Source: a virus (Duplodnaviria; Caudoviricetes). Taken from it: a stretch of DNA of 32,213 nucleotides. Under the pieces are notes generated by a model. That model was not told where the DNA came from, made no database searches, and saw only the letters and a program-made list of their open reading frames with translations. The translations under genes and the position numbers were made by a program. The stretch covers positions 1-32,213 of the IMG/VR virus record IMGVR_UViG_3300011403_000027; one strand, given 5' to 3'. Below are positions 1 to 7,248 of the stretch, in pieces; position 1 is the first letter of the stretch; each line of letters starts with the position of its first letter.

Positions 1-99
1 CTGGGCGAGGCCGTGGAGGACGGCTACGTCCCGCCGCCCATGCAGGCCCGGTGGGCGGAGATGTACGAGGAGCGGCGCCGCGCCGTCCGAACGGTTTAG
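1..99 (+). CDS. 3' end of a hypothetical protein (truncated by window)
   Basis: Frame 1 reads LGEAVEDGYVPPPMQARWAEMYEERRRAVRTV* with GC-rich third positions; TAG at 97-99. Confidence 0.6.
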   Translation: MGEAVEDGYVPPPMQARWAEMYEERRRAVRTV

Positions 100-130
100 C
101 TTAAAACGCGTAATCAAAAACGGTCACCAG
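86..130 (+). repeat. Junction element A (most degenerate copy)
   Basis: TCCGAA CGGT TTAG CTTAAAACGCG TAATCAAAAACGGTCACCAG. TTAR and AAACG are in register with the other copies; it overlaps the stop at 97-99. Confidence 0.4.
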
Positions 131-138
131 AGAGCGCC

Positions 139-408
139 ATGAACACCAGGAAGCAGCACAACGGGATGGCGCGGGAGGCGCGGTTGCGTACCCTCTCGCC
201 GCAGTGGGGCGCCTGCGCGGTCTGCGCGGCGCCGCTCATCTTCGGGAACATCGAGGGCTGCTGCGGGGAGCGGTGCCACCGAAAGGCGCAGCGGGTGCGC
301 TCGGCGGCCCAGCGGGCGCTCGCGCTGAACGACCAGGCGGACGGCTCCTTCCCGGTCGGCGCCGAGCAGGGGGCGCCGCGGCTCCGTCCGGGTGAGGGCG
401 AGGGGTGA
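139..408 (+). CDS. Small Cys-rich hypothetical protein
   Basis: CAVC...CCGERC; ATG follows junction element A. Confidence 0.55.
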   Translation: MNTRKQHNGMAREARLRTLSPQWGACAVCAAPLIFGNIEGCCGERCHRKAQRVRSAAQRALALNDQADGSFPVGAEQGAPRLRPGEGEG

Positions 409-610
409 CCGGGTGTGGCCCGGTGGGCTCTACGGGGCGCCGGCCGATGCGCCGGTCACGTTCGCCCTGGCGGACGACGGGACGTGGGCGGTGACGCTGG
501 ACCCGCCATGGAAGGACGACGGCCTCGACATTGGCCGGTTCCGCACGCTCGAGGAGGCGGTCGCCTTCGTCTACGGGCCGCCAGTCGTGCAGCTCGCCCT
601 GACCCTGTGA
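392..610 (+). CDS. Hypothetical protein ending QLALTL
   Basis: High GC3, globular-looking sequence; stop falls within junction element B. Confidence 0.65.
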   Translation: MRARGDRVWPGGLYGAPADAPVTFALADDGTWAVTLDPPWKDDGLDIGRFRTLEEAVAFVYGPPVVQLALTL

Positions 611-648
611 GCGTTAATCCGCCCTAACTCACAAGAAACGAGGTTCCA
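604..648 (+). repeat. Junction element B
   Basis: CCTGTG AGCG TTAA TCCGCCCTAAC TCACAAGAAACGAGGTTCCA. The last 20 nt are 18/20 identical to copy F. Confidence 0.85.
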
Positions 649-650
649 CG

Positions 651-896
651 ATGACCGAGGAGCAGCTCGACGACATCCGCGAGGGAGCCCGGTCCATCCT
701 CGACGGTCACGACACGGACGCGGACGTGATCCGCCTCGCGCAAGACCTGTGCGACCTGGTGGACGAGGCGAAGCGCCGGGGCGCGGTCATCACCCAGATG
801 CAGCAGGCCATCGACTACGACGGCGACACCGTGCCGGAGGATGAAGAGGCCGAGCGGCGGCAGATGCTCGGCACCTACCTCCGCGACCACGCCTAG
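651..896 (+). CDS. Hypothetical acidic helical protein
   Basis: 81 aa, high GC3; ATG begins 3 nt after the end of element B. Confidence 0.75.
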   Translation: MTEEQLDDIREGARSILDGHDTDADVIRLAQDLCDLVDEAKRRGAVITQMQQAIDYDGDTVPEDEEAERRQMLGTYLRDHA

Positions 897-930
897 CGCC
901 TTAGCGTGAGCATCGTAATGCGAGGTTCCA
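886..930 (+). repeat. Junction element C
   Basis: ACCACG CCTA GCGC CTTAGCGTGAG CATCGTAATGCGAGGTTCCA. CACG and CGAGGTTCCA are in exact register with the other copies. Confidence 0.7.
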
Positions 931-931
931 G

Positions 932-1147
932 ATGGACAAGCCGAGCTGGTGCCAGGGGGCCGGCGAGCGGTGCCCCCATCCGGTCGCTTGGCGGTTGGAG
1001 CAGACCGACCACGGCCGGCGCACGGTGACCTACATCGAGCTATGCGCCGGGCACACCGAGGCGCTCCGCGCCGAGCCGACGTTCGCCGTGCTCCTGCGCG
1101 ATGGCGTCGTCCGCGCCCTGCCGGTCACGAGTGTTAACTCGCACTAG
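932..1147 (+). CDS. Small hypothetical protein, possible Zn-binding (C-x6-C ... C-x2-H)
   Basis: CQGAGERC...LCAGH; flanked by elements C and D. Confidence 0.7.
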   Translation: MDKPSWCQGAGERCPHPVAWRLEQTDHGRRTVTYIELCAGHTEALRAEPTFAVLLRDGVVRALPVTSVNSH

Positions 1148-1168
1148 GACGCATGAAACCGTATTTTG
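1124..1168 (+). repeat. Junction element D
   Basis: GTCACG AGTG TTAA CTCGCACTAGG ACGCATGAAACCGTATTTTG. Contains the upstream stop and the methyltransferase ATG. Confidence 0.8.
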
Positions 1169-1872
1169 AGGACGGCGGGATCACCGTCTACAACGCCGAC
1201 TGTCGGGACGTGCTGTCCGGCATTGCGACGGCCGACGTGGCGCTGGTGCTGACTGACCCGCCCTACGGCGTTAACGTGCGGACGGATCGACACACCGCCG
1301 GACGGGGTCGCGCCCGGCCGCGTCCCGGCGCTGGGGCCGCGAGCGCCAACGACTTCCCCCCGGTCTACGGTGACGACGCGCCCTTCGACCCGGCGCCGCT
1401 GCTGCGCTTCAAGCGGGTGGTGCTCTTCGGGGGGAACCACTACGCCGACCGGCTCCCGCCGTCCGCGTCGTGGCTGGTCTGGGACAAGGTGGACGGACTG
1501 ACGAGTAAGCGCGGCGTCGGGTTCAACGACAACGCCGACGGGGAGCTGGCCTGGACGAGCCTGGGCGGCCCGGTGCGCATCTACGCGCACCGCTGGATGG
1601 GGCTGGTGAAGGACAGCGAGCGCCGGGAGCGCCGGCTGCACCCCACCCAGAAGCCCGTCTCGCTTATGGCCCAGATCATCGGCCAGCACACGAAGCCGGG
1701 GGACCTGGTGCTCGACCCCTACGCGGGCAGCGGCCCGGTGGTGCGGGCGTGCCGCGACCTCGGCCGGCGGTGCATCGCCGTGGAGATCGTGGAGGCGTAC
1801 TGTGCGGTTATCGTCGAGCGGCTGCGCCAACTCGCCCTGCCGCTCGACCACGCACGCCCACTCGCACGATGA
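1153..1872 (+). CDS. DNA N6-adenine/N4-cytosine methyltransferase (beta class, orphan)
   Basis: Catalytic DPPY precedes HPTQKP and the SAM-binding DPYAGSG motif; no adjacent restriction nuclease. Confidence 0.93.
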   Translation: MKPYFEDGGITVYNADCRDVLSGIATADVALVLTDPPYGVNVRTDRHTAGRGRARPRPGAGAASANDFPPVYGDDAPFDPAPLLRFKRVVLFGGNHYADRLPPSASWLVWDKVDGLTSKRGVGFNDNADGELAWTSLGGPVRIYAHRWMGLVKDSERRERRLHPTQKPVSLMAQIIGQHTKPGDLVLDPYAGSGPVVRACRDLGRRCIAVEIVEAYCAVIVERLRQLALPLDHARPLAR

Positions 1873-1891
1873 AGCATGAAAGGAGGTTCCG
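1847..1891 (+). repeat. Junction element E
   Basis: ACCACG CACG CCCA CTCGCACGATG AAGCATGAAAGGAGGTTCCG. Positions 1860-1881 are 19/22 identical to 1137-1158 in element D. Confidence 0.8.
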
Positions 1892-1893
1892 CG

Positions 1894-2190
1894 ATGGATC
1901 TCTGGTATCGGCTCAAGGGCAGGGCGCCGGTGCTCGATCCTACCCACCAGCTCCAGCCCATCGACGAGCGCCGCATCGCCCGGACGGCGATTACGCCTGA
2001 GGTGTATGTCTCCACGGTCTTCCTGGGCCTCGACCACCGCTACACCCCGGAGGGGCCGCCGATCCTCTTCGAGACGCTGGTATTCGGGCTCAGTGCGGAC
2101 GGCGACGAACCGCAAGAGCGGTACACCACCTACGAGGCGGCCGAGGCGGGGCACGCCCGGTGGGTCGAGTGGGCGCGTCACGCATCTTAA
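1894..2190 (+). CDS. Phage hypothetical protein (VSTVFLGLDH...PILFET motif)
   Basis: Motif recognised from phage accessory regions; AGGAGG precedes the ATG at 1894. Confidence 0.8.
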   Translation: MDLWYRLKGRAPVLDPTHQLQPIDERRIARTAITPEVYVSTVFLGLDHRYTPEGPPILFETLVFGLSADGDEPQERYTTYEAAEAGHARWVEWARHAS

Positions 2191-2221
2191 CGGCACTTCT
2201 GTCGCAAGAAACGGGGTTCCA
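2177..2221 (+). repeat. Junction element F
   Basis: GTCACG CATC TTAA CGGCACTTCTG TCGCAAGAAACGGGGTTCCA. The TTAA supplies the upstream TAA stop. Confidence 0.85.
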
Positions 2222-2222
2222 G

Positions 2223-3011
2223 GTGCGACGCATCGTCTCAGTGAGCGGCGGGATGCAGTCGGCCATCTGCGCCGACCGGGTCATCGAACGCTACGGCGCC
2301 GCCAGCGTCACCGCCTGGTTCGCGGACACGCTGGTCGAAGACGTCGACCTGTACCGCTTCCTGGACGACCTGGAGCGGCGCTGGGGGCTGACCATCACCC
2401 GGCACACGGAGGGGCGGACGCCGCTCCAGGTCGCCGAGGACGAGCACGTCATCCCCAACCAGAAGATCGCCCCCTGCACCCACCGGCTGAAGATCGAGCC
2501 CTTTTTGGCGTACCTCAAGGCGTGCCCCAAACCGGCGACCGTCTACCTGGGGATGGCGTTCTGGGAGCAGCACCGGATGGACGCGCCCCGGAAGCGGTAC
2601 GAGGCGGTCGACGGCGTGGCGGTGGACTACCCATCCCTCTGGAAGCCGGTCGACTACCGCCCCCCCGACGAGGTGCTCCGCTCCTGGGGGATCGCCGTGC
2701 CCCGCGCCTACCTCGAAGGGGCGTCACACAACAACTGCGGCGCGGCGTGCGTGAAGCAGGGCAAGGGCGACTGGCTACGCCTGCTGCGCTGGAAGCCCGA
2801 CCTGTTCCGCCAGTACGAGGAGTGGGAGACGGGGATGCGGGCCAAGGGGCCGCCGTGGGACGGCTACGCCTTCTGCCGGGACGAGCGGGGCGGGGTGGTG
2901 CGCCCGGTGACGCTGCGGGAGCTGCGCGAGACCAGCCAGGCCAGCCCGCAGCTCCGGCTCGACCTGCCCATGCTGGACGACGCCGAGGGGTGTCTCCAGT
3001 GCTCGATCTGA
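2223..3011 (+). CDS. PAPS-reductase-like PP-loop (adenine nucleotide alpha-hydrolase) protein
   Basis: N-terminal IVSVSGGMQS, FADT..ED.DLYRFL, Cys cluster HNNCGAACVK, C-terminal CLQC. GTG at 2223 follows element F. Confidence 0.8.
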   Translation: MRRIVSVSGGMQSAICADRVIERYGAASVTAWFADTLVEDVDLYRFLDDLERRWGLTITRHTEGRTPLQVAEDEHVIPNQKIAPCTHRLKIEPFLAYLKACPKPATVYLGMAFWEQHRMDAPRKRYEAVDGVAVDYPSLWKPVDYRPPDEVLRSWGIAVPRAYLEGASHNNCGAACVKQGKGDWLRLLRWKPDLFRQYEEWETGMRAKGPPWDGYAFCRDERGGVVRPVTLRELRETSQASPQLRLDLPMLDDAEGCLQCSI

Positions 3012-3053
3012 AACGCTGTTTTTTGTGATCTAACAGCGCTTAACGCTCGTGAC
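3009..3053 (-). repeat. Junction element G (inverted copy between convergent stop codons)
   Basis: Reverse complement reads GTCACG AGCG TTAA GCGCTGTTAGA TCACAAAAAACAGCGTTTCA. The first 14 nt are 13/14 identical to D; internal dyad CGCTGTT-N11-AACAGCG. Confidence 0.8.
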
Positions 3054-3264
3054 CCCGAGACGGGGCGAGCGCGGCCACGGCGGCGCGGCGGGAGTGGACG
3101 CCGAGCTTCCGGTAGACGCCCTCGACGTGCGTCTTGACTGTCTCCTCGGAGACGCCCAGCGTGCGGGCGAGGTCCCGGCGCCGGTCGCCCCGGAGGAGGC
3201 CGGCCGCCACCGCGGCCTCACGCGGGGTGAAGGGGCGACGGCCGTTCAGCCGGCGGCGCCCCAC
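3040..3264 (-). CDS. Stand-alone LuxR/GerE-type HTH protein
   Basis: FTPRE...LARTLGVSEETVKTHVEGVYRKLGVHSR matches the LuxR C-terminal HTH pattern. Confidence 0.88.
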   Translation of the reverse strand: MGRRRLNGRRPFTPREAAVAAGLLRGDRRRDLARTLGVSEETVKTHVEGVYRKLGVHSRRAAVAALAPSRGHER

Positions 3265-3469
3265 CGGTCGCCTCCGCGCACGTCGCCCGGTGCGCCCGGA
3301 ACGTCCGCCACGTCGTGCTGCGGTGGCCGCAGGCCGTGCAGGTCAGGTGGCGGAGCCGGAGCGGCCCCGTCCTGGCCCACACCCCCGTCGAGAAGTGGTC
3401 GTCCGAAACGATCCGCCCCGCCGCCGCCGGGTGTCCAGGGCGAACGGCGCTCGGCCGCGTACCGCTCAC
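3218..3469 (-). CDS. Possible C2HC zinc-finger protein (start uncertain)
   Basis: CTAC-x12-H-x3-C; high GC3 only from about 3410 downward; overlaps both neighbours. Confidence 0.4.
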   Translation of the reverse strand: MSGTRPSAVRPGHPAAAGRIVSDDHFSTGVWARTGPLRLRHLTCTACGHRSTTWRTFRAHRATCAEATGGAPPAERPSPLHPA

Positions 3470-3575
3470 GGTCGCGCTCCCGCTGGCACGCCCGGCAGAC
3501 CCGGCCCCGCCCGTCTGCCCGGAGGGCGGTGTTCGCCGCGTCGAAGGGGTGCCCGTTGACGCAGTGGCTTTTCAA
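3246..3575 (-). CDS. Small protein with HNH-associated Zn module (HCxNGH...CRAC)
   Basis: KSHCVNGHPFDAANT...GRVCRACQR resembles the Cys/His module attached to many phage HNH proteins. The distal half has poor GC3. Confidence 0.55.
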   Translation of the reverse strand: MKSHCVNGHPFDAANTALRADGRGRVCRACQRERDRERYAAERRSPWTPGGGGADRFGRPLLDGGVGQDGAAPAPPPDLHGLRPPQHDVADVPGAPGDVRGGDRWGAAG

Positions 3576-3588
3576 CCCCCTCGCCCGC

Positions 3589-3741
3589 TCACGACGCGAA
3601 GAGCCACGCCACCGCGAAGAAAAAGAGCCCGGCGTTCGTGAGCGAGAACCGCGGGGGCGCCGGCGGCGACCAGAGCGCCGCGACGGCGAAGATGACCGCG
3701 GAAATTAGGACGCAGATGAGCCTCGGCCCGACGGCGATCAT
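3589..3741 (-). CDS. Two-TM small membrane protein, holin candidate (50 aa, not in ORF track)
   Basis: MIAVGPRLICVLISAVIFAVAALWSPPAPPRFSLTNAGLFFFAVAWLFAS; AGGAGG SD; directly downstream of the endolysin. Confidence 0.7.
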   Translation of the reverse strand: MIAVGPRLICVLISAVIFAVAALWSPPAPPRFSLTNAGLFFFAVAWLFAS

Positions 3742-3753
3742 GTCCTGCTCCTC

Positions 3754-4659
3754 CTACCCGTTCCAGCTCACGGCGCCGTCCGTGGCCTTCCAGACGCAAA
3801 CTCCCTGTTCGAACTCCTGCCAGACCCCGTCCTCGATCGTGTGCTCTTCCCCGCGCGGGCGGCCCCGGTAGACGCCCCGGTGCAGCTCGTCGCACCAGGC
3901 GGTGGCGGTGGCGCTCTCCGGGTTGTACGGGACGCCGGCTTGCTGGTACAGATCGGCCAGCACCCAGCCCTTGAGCTGCCAGTCCTGCAGCACCGCCATC
4001 ACGACCTCCTCCGGTGCGCCCTGCACCTTCGCGCTCGCCGCGTGCCACCAGTCCAGCGGCCGGTAGTAGGCCGCCTCCACCTGCGCCCGCGACCACTGGT
4101 AGGGCCACTGCCAGAAGCCCTGGGCCGGCGGCCCCTTCAACAGTTCGAGGTGTAAATGCGCGCAGGCCCAGCCGCCGCTGCGCCCGACCCAGCCGAGGCG
4201 CTCGCCCGGGGCCACCCGCTGGCCGACCCGCACCGCGATCGCCTGGAGGTGGTCGACGTGCAGCCAGGTCGGTCCCGGGGCCACCTCGTCCGTCAGCTCG
4301 AGCCAGACGTGGTTCCCTTCCCCGCGCCGGGAGCCGTCCCAGGGCAGCGCCGCGCGCACCACGCCGGCCAGCGGGGCGACCGCGTCCAGCCCCTCGTCGG
4401 CGTTGCAGCCCCCCGTGCCGGCGCCGCCGTTCAAATCCGCCCCTGGGTGGAGCGTCTGCGGCACCCCGGCGGCATCCCGGTCGGTGGCGTCGAGCCAGCC
4501 GAAGCCCCCCCGGAGGACGTCCGGGGGCGTCAGGCCCGCCATCGGGGCGTACAGGCGCTCACCGACGGAGAGGAGGCGCTCCCGGCCGGTGGGGGCGCCC
4601 TCGCCGATGCGCAGCCCGTGCTGCCCCGGCTGGGGGGTGGGGGCCGGCCGGGCGGTCAC
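3754..4659 (-). CDS. Endolysin, M23 family peptidase with C-terminal putative wall-binding domain
   Basis: HPGAD (HxxxD) and AHLH (HxH) Zn ligands; C-terminal WQEFEQGVCVW resembles LGFP-like repeats. Confidence 0.88.
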   Translation of the reverse strand: MTARPAPTPQPGQHGLRIGEGAPTGRERLLSVGERLYAPMAGLTPPDVLRGGFGWLDATDRDAAGVPQTLHPGADLNGGAGTGGCNADEGLDAVAPLAGVVRAALPWDGSRRGEGNHVWLELTDEVAPGPTWLHVDHLQAIAVRVGQRVAPGERLGWVGRSGGWACAHLHLELLKGPPAQGFWQWPYQWSRAQVEAAYYRPLDWWHAASAKVQGAPEEVVMAVLQDWQLKGWVLADLYQQAGVPYNPESATATAWCDELHRGVYRGRPRGEEHTIEDGVWQEFEQGVCVWKATDGAVSWNG

Positions 4660-4844
4660 GGCGCGTCGCTCCGGTGGGCGCCGTCCTCGAGCGCGCGGGC
4701 CAGGGCCTCGATCAAGCGCCGGTTCTCCTCCAGCAGGGCCTGCGTCGTCGCCCGGCAGCTGCGCACCGCAACGAACCAGCCCAGCAGGGCGATCGCGATC
4801 GCGGCGGTGTCCCCGGCGAGCTGGAGCAGCAACTGGGGCGTCAT
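4656..4844 (-). CDS. Single-TM plus coiled-coil protein, holin-like
   Basis: MTPQLLLQLAGDTAAIAIALLGWFVAV followed by LLEENRRLIEALARAL; GTGA-coupled to the endolysin. Confidence 0.65.
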   Translation of the reverse strand: MTPQLLLQLAGDTAAIAIALLGWFVAVRSCRATTQALLEENRRLIEALARALEDGAHRSDAP

Positions 4845-4855
4845 CGCTCCGCCCC

Positions 4856-5605
4856 TTACGCCCCGAAGAGCGTCCACCGCGTGCCGGCGTCGAATTGCGC
4901 CGCCTGGTTGGTGAAGACGGTCAGGCTGGTAATCGCGCCGGTCCCCCGGCGGTAGCCCCCGCCCGTGTAGCCGGTGCGGCTGTTCTCGTCCTCCCCGTGC
5001 AGGATGGCCTGGAAGACGCAGCCGGTGCGGAAGGCGGTGCCGGCGAAGTTGGGGAAGTCGGCGCGGTAGTGGGTGGCGGCGCCCGCCGGGGCGTCCTCGC
5101 TGGCGCAGTAGCCGAGCTGGACGCCGACGTCGCTGGTGCTCTGGGCGGCCGCGTGGACCGAGTTGTAGTAGTCGTGGGCGTGCCACCCCCAGCAGTAGAA
5201 GGGGCTCGGCAGGGAGCCCGCGCCGTCGATGGGGTCGTCGTTGTAGCTCACCCACACGTTGTGCGCGTAGACCGTGCCGGTGGTCGGCGGCTTCAGCCGG
5301 GCGCGGGCCTGCCCCACCAGCAGCAGGTACGTCGCGTCCGGGGCGGCGTCCGCGATCGTGCCGCTCGCCGGCAGGCGCAGCGACTGGGTCTGCGCGCCCC
5401 CGGCGACCACGCGGTCGGCGATCGTGATCAGGCCCCCGGCGCCGCCGGTCGCGCGGTGGTAGAGCGCGTAGTGGTCGCGCAGCAGCCCGCCCGCCTGCGC
5501 GACGGCCTCCGCGACGGCCCGGTCCTGCAGCGCCTTGAGCGCGGCCGGGAGCTGCGCGAACGGCGCCGCCAGGTCGTCGGCGTCCAGCGCGCCCGAGTCG
5601 GCCAT
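4856..5605 (-). CDS. Minor tail / putative receptor-binding protein
   Basis: Last gene of the tail module; helical N-terminus then a beta-rich domain ending AITSLTVF...FDAGTRWTLFG. Confidence 0.6.
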   Translation of the reverse strand: MADSGALDADDLAAPFAQLPAALKALQDRAVAEAVAQAGGLLRDHYALYHRATGGAGGLITIADRVVAGGAQTQSLRLPASGTIADAAPDATYLLLVGQARARLKPPTTGTVYAHNVWVSYNDDPIDGAGSLPSPFYCWGWHAHDYYNSVHAAAQSTSDVGVQLGYCASEDAPAGAATHYRADFPNFAGTAFRTGCVFQAILHGEDENSRTGYTGGGYRRGTGAITSLTVFTNQAAQFDAGTRWTLFGA

Positions 5606-5606
5606 C

Positions 5607-6812
5607 CTAGGCCGCGTCCCGCCGCGCGACGCTCAGCGTCTGCGTCCACCGGCCCCGGTCGAACTCCCAGCTCAGGTGCTCGAGCCAGAAGGTGCCGTCG
5701 AGCTGGAGCGACTCCGGGGCGAGCACGTAGACGGTGTGGCCCGGCTCGAGCCGGTCGCCCCGGTAGGTGGGGAGCGTCGCCCGGGTGATGGTCGTGTTCA
5801 GGATGTCCAGTCGGTACTCGGCCTGCTGCTGGCAGGAGCGGCCCGGCCCCGACGTCGTCCCCGTCGCCCGCTCGAGGAGCAGGCTCTGGGTGCGCTCGGT
5901 CAGGCTCGCCTGCCCCGGCGGCAGGAGGGTGTTCGCCCCGGTCGCGGTGTACGTGTACGAGCTCTGCTCCGACCCCTCGGGGAACCACCCGTCGACCGTG
6001 GCCCGGTTGGCGACGTGCTCCCGGTCGTCGAGCACGCTGTCGGCCCCCTCGAGGAGGTCCAGCCCCTGGACGAAGTCGGCGAACGTACTCTCCTCCTCCG
6101 GGATGGCCGTGACGTGCGTGCGGTAGATCTGGCCGTCGATGCCCTCGTACGTCCGGAAGGCGCCCCGCTGGCCGCTGACGGTCAGCGTGGAGACTTCGTC
6201 GATCCGCTCGATCGCGGCGAGCGCGGTCTCGCCCTCCTTCCAGACGAACGGGTTGAGCTTCTTGTCCGCGTCGTAGGCGATCGTGCCCCACAGCGCCCCC
6301 GTCCCGCCGATGTTGGCGGCGGTGTAGGGCACCCCCGCCTGGGTGAGGATGAGCTTGACGATCGCCTCGTCGGTGCGCCCCGCGCCGGCGTTGCTCAGGT
6401 CGGTGCCCCCGGCCTCGAGGTTGCGATACCAGACCGCCCGGTAGAGCCGCCCGCGCAGCTCCCAGGTCGCCTCCGCGGGGCTCCCGGCGCGCGTCTTGTT
6501 GACGAAGTAGCCAAAGAAGCGGGTGTACTTCTCGGCCTCGCCGGGGCCGACCCGGATCTCCACCAGATCCCACGGCGCCGGCTCCGGCTGCGTCCCGTAG
6601 AGCCCCTCCGGGTCGGCGGCGAGCCGGACGCTGGCCCGCGCCGTGCGCTGGTCGAAGCCGAACTCCGCGCGGGCGGAGGCCACGAGCGTGTGCTGGGCGT
6701 CGTCGTCGCCGACGTACACCTCCAGCACCGGGGACTGGTCGATGTGGCCGGGGACGGTGCGCGGCGCCAGGACCGCCGCCAGGGCGAGGCTGGGCGGGCG
6801 TGCGGTGGTCAC
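5607..6812 (-). CDS. Tail tip / baseplate hub (Tal-like) protein
   Basis: Position after the Dit-like gene, 401 aa; C-terminal RLEPGHTVYV...FWLEHLSW pattern typical of hub proteins. Confidence 0.65.
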   Translation of the reverse strand: MTTARPPSLALAAVLAPRTVPGHIDQSPVLEVYVGDDDAQHTLVASARAEFGFDQRTARASVRLAADPEGLYGTQPEPAPWDLVEIRVGPGEAEKYTRFFGYFVNKTRAGSPAEATWELRGRLYRAVWYRNLEAGGTDLSNAGAGRTDEAIVKLILTQAGVPYTAANIGGTGALWGTIAYDADKKLNPFVWKEGETALAAIERIDEVSTLTVSGQRGAFRTYEGIDGQIYRTHVTAIPEEESTFADFVQGLDLLEGADSVLDDREHVANRATVDGWFPEGSEQSSYTYTATGANTLLPPGQASLTERTQSLLLERATGTTSGPGRSCQQQAEYRLDILNTTITRATLPTYRGDRLEPGHTVYVLAPESLQLDGTFWLEHLSWEFDRGRWTQTLSVARRDAA

Positions 6813-6827
6813 TCCTGCTCCCTCCTC

Positions 6828-7166
6828 CTACGCGGTGACGATGAACTCGAGCCGGAGCCGGCGGTGCTCCGGATCCCACCAGTTGACCTCCGAGGCGTCC
6901 CGCAGGATGGCCGTGTGGGTGCCGCCCCAGTAGGTCAGCGTCCCCGAGGCGCCCAGGCCCCCGACGAGGTCGTCGACCTGGGCCTGCGTCGCGCAGTAGG
7001 CGTCGAGCCGCAGATGCGGGAGGCCGACCCCCGTGCGCTGGGTGACGACCGTGTTGCCCCACGGGACGCGCAGCTCGTGCACCTCCGCCTCCTGGCGGTA
7101 CTCGCGGCCGTCGAGCAGGGCGTCGAACTCGGCCGTCGTGGCGCCGTACTCGAAGCTATCCGGCAT
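6828..7166 (-). CDS. Distal tail (Dit-like) protein
   Basis: 112-aa beta-rich protein, the first minus-strand gene after the tape measure. Confidence 0.55.
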   Translation of the reverse strand: MPDSFEYGATTAEFDALLDGREYRQEAEVHELRVPWGNTVVTQRTGVGLPHLRLDAYCATQAQVDDLVGGLGASGTLTYWGGTHTAILRDASEVNWWDPEHRRLRLEFIVTA

Positions 7167-7186
7167 CGTTCGCCCCCGCTAGGACG

Positions 7187-7241
7187 GGTAACGGCCCCGT
7201 ACGCATCGGTAACGGCGCCGTACGGCGCGCCCCGATACGCT
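7187..7241 (+). promoter_or_regulatory. Tandem 17-bp direct repeats plus -10 box for the moron-like gene
   Basis: GGTAACGGCSCCGTACG at 7187-7203 and 7208-7224 (21-bp period); TACGCT at 7236-7241, 7 nt before the ATG. Confidence 0.5.
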
Positions 7242-7248
7242 CGAGGGG

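Noticed and set aside
86-3053. CRISPR array or classical integron as the explanation for the junction repeats
   Set aside because: The spacers are whole genes of 240-830 bp and the repeats are degenerate. There are no cas or intI genes, and the sites lack the paired RYYYAAC/GTTRRRY boxes and long hairpin of attC.
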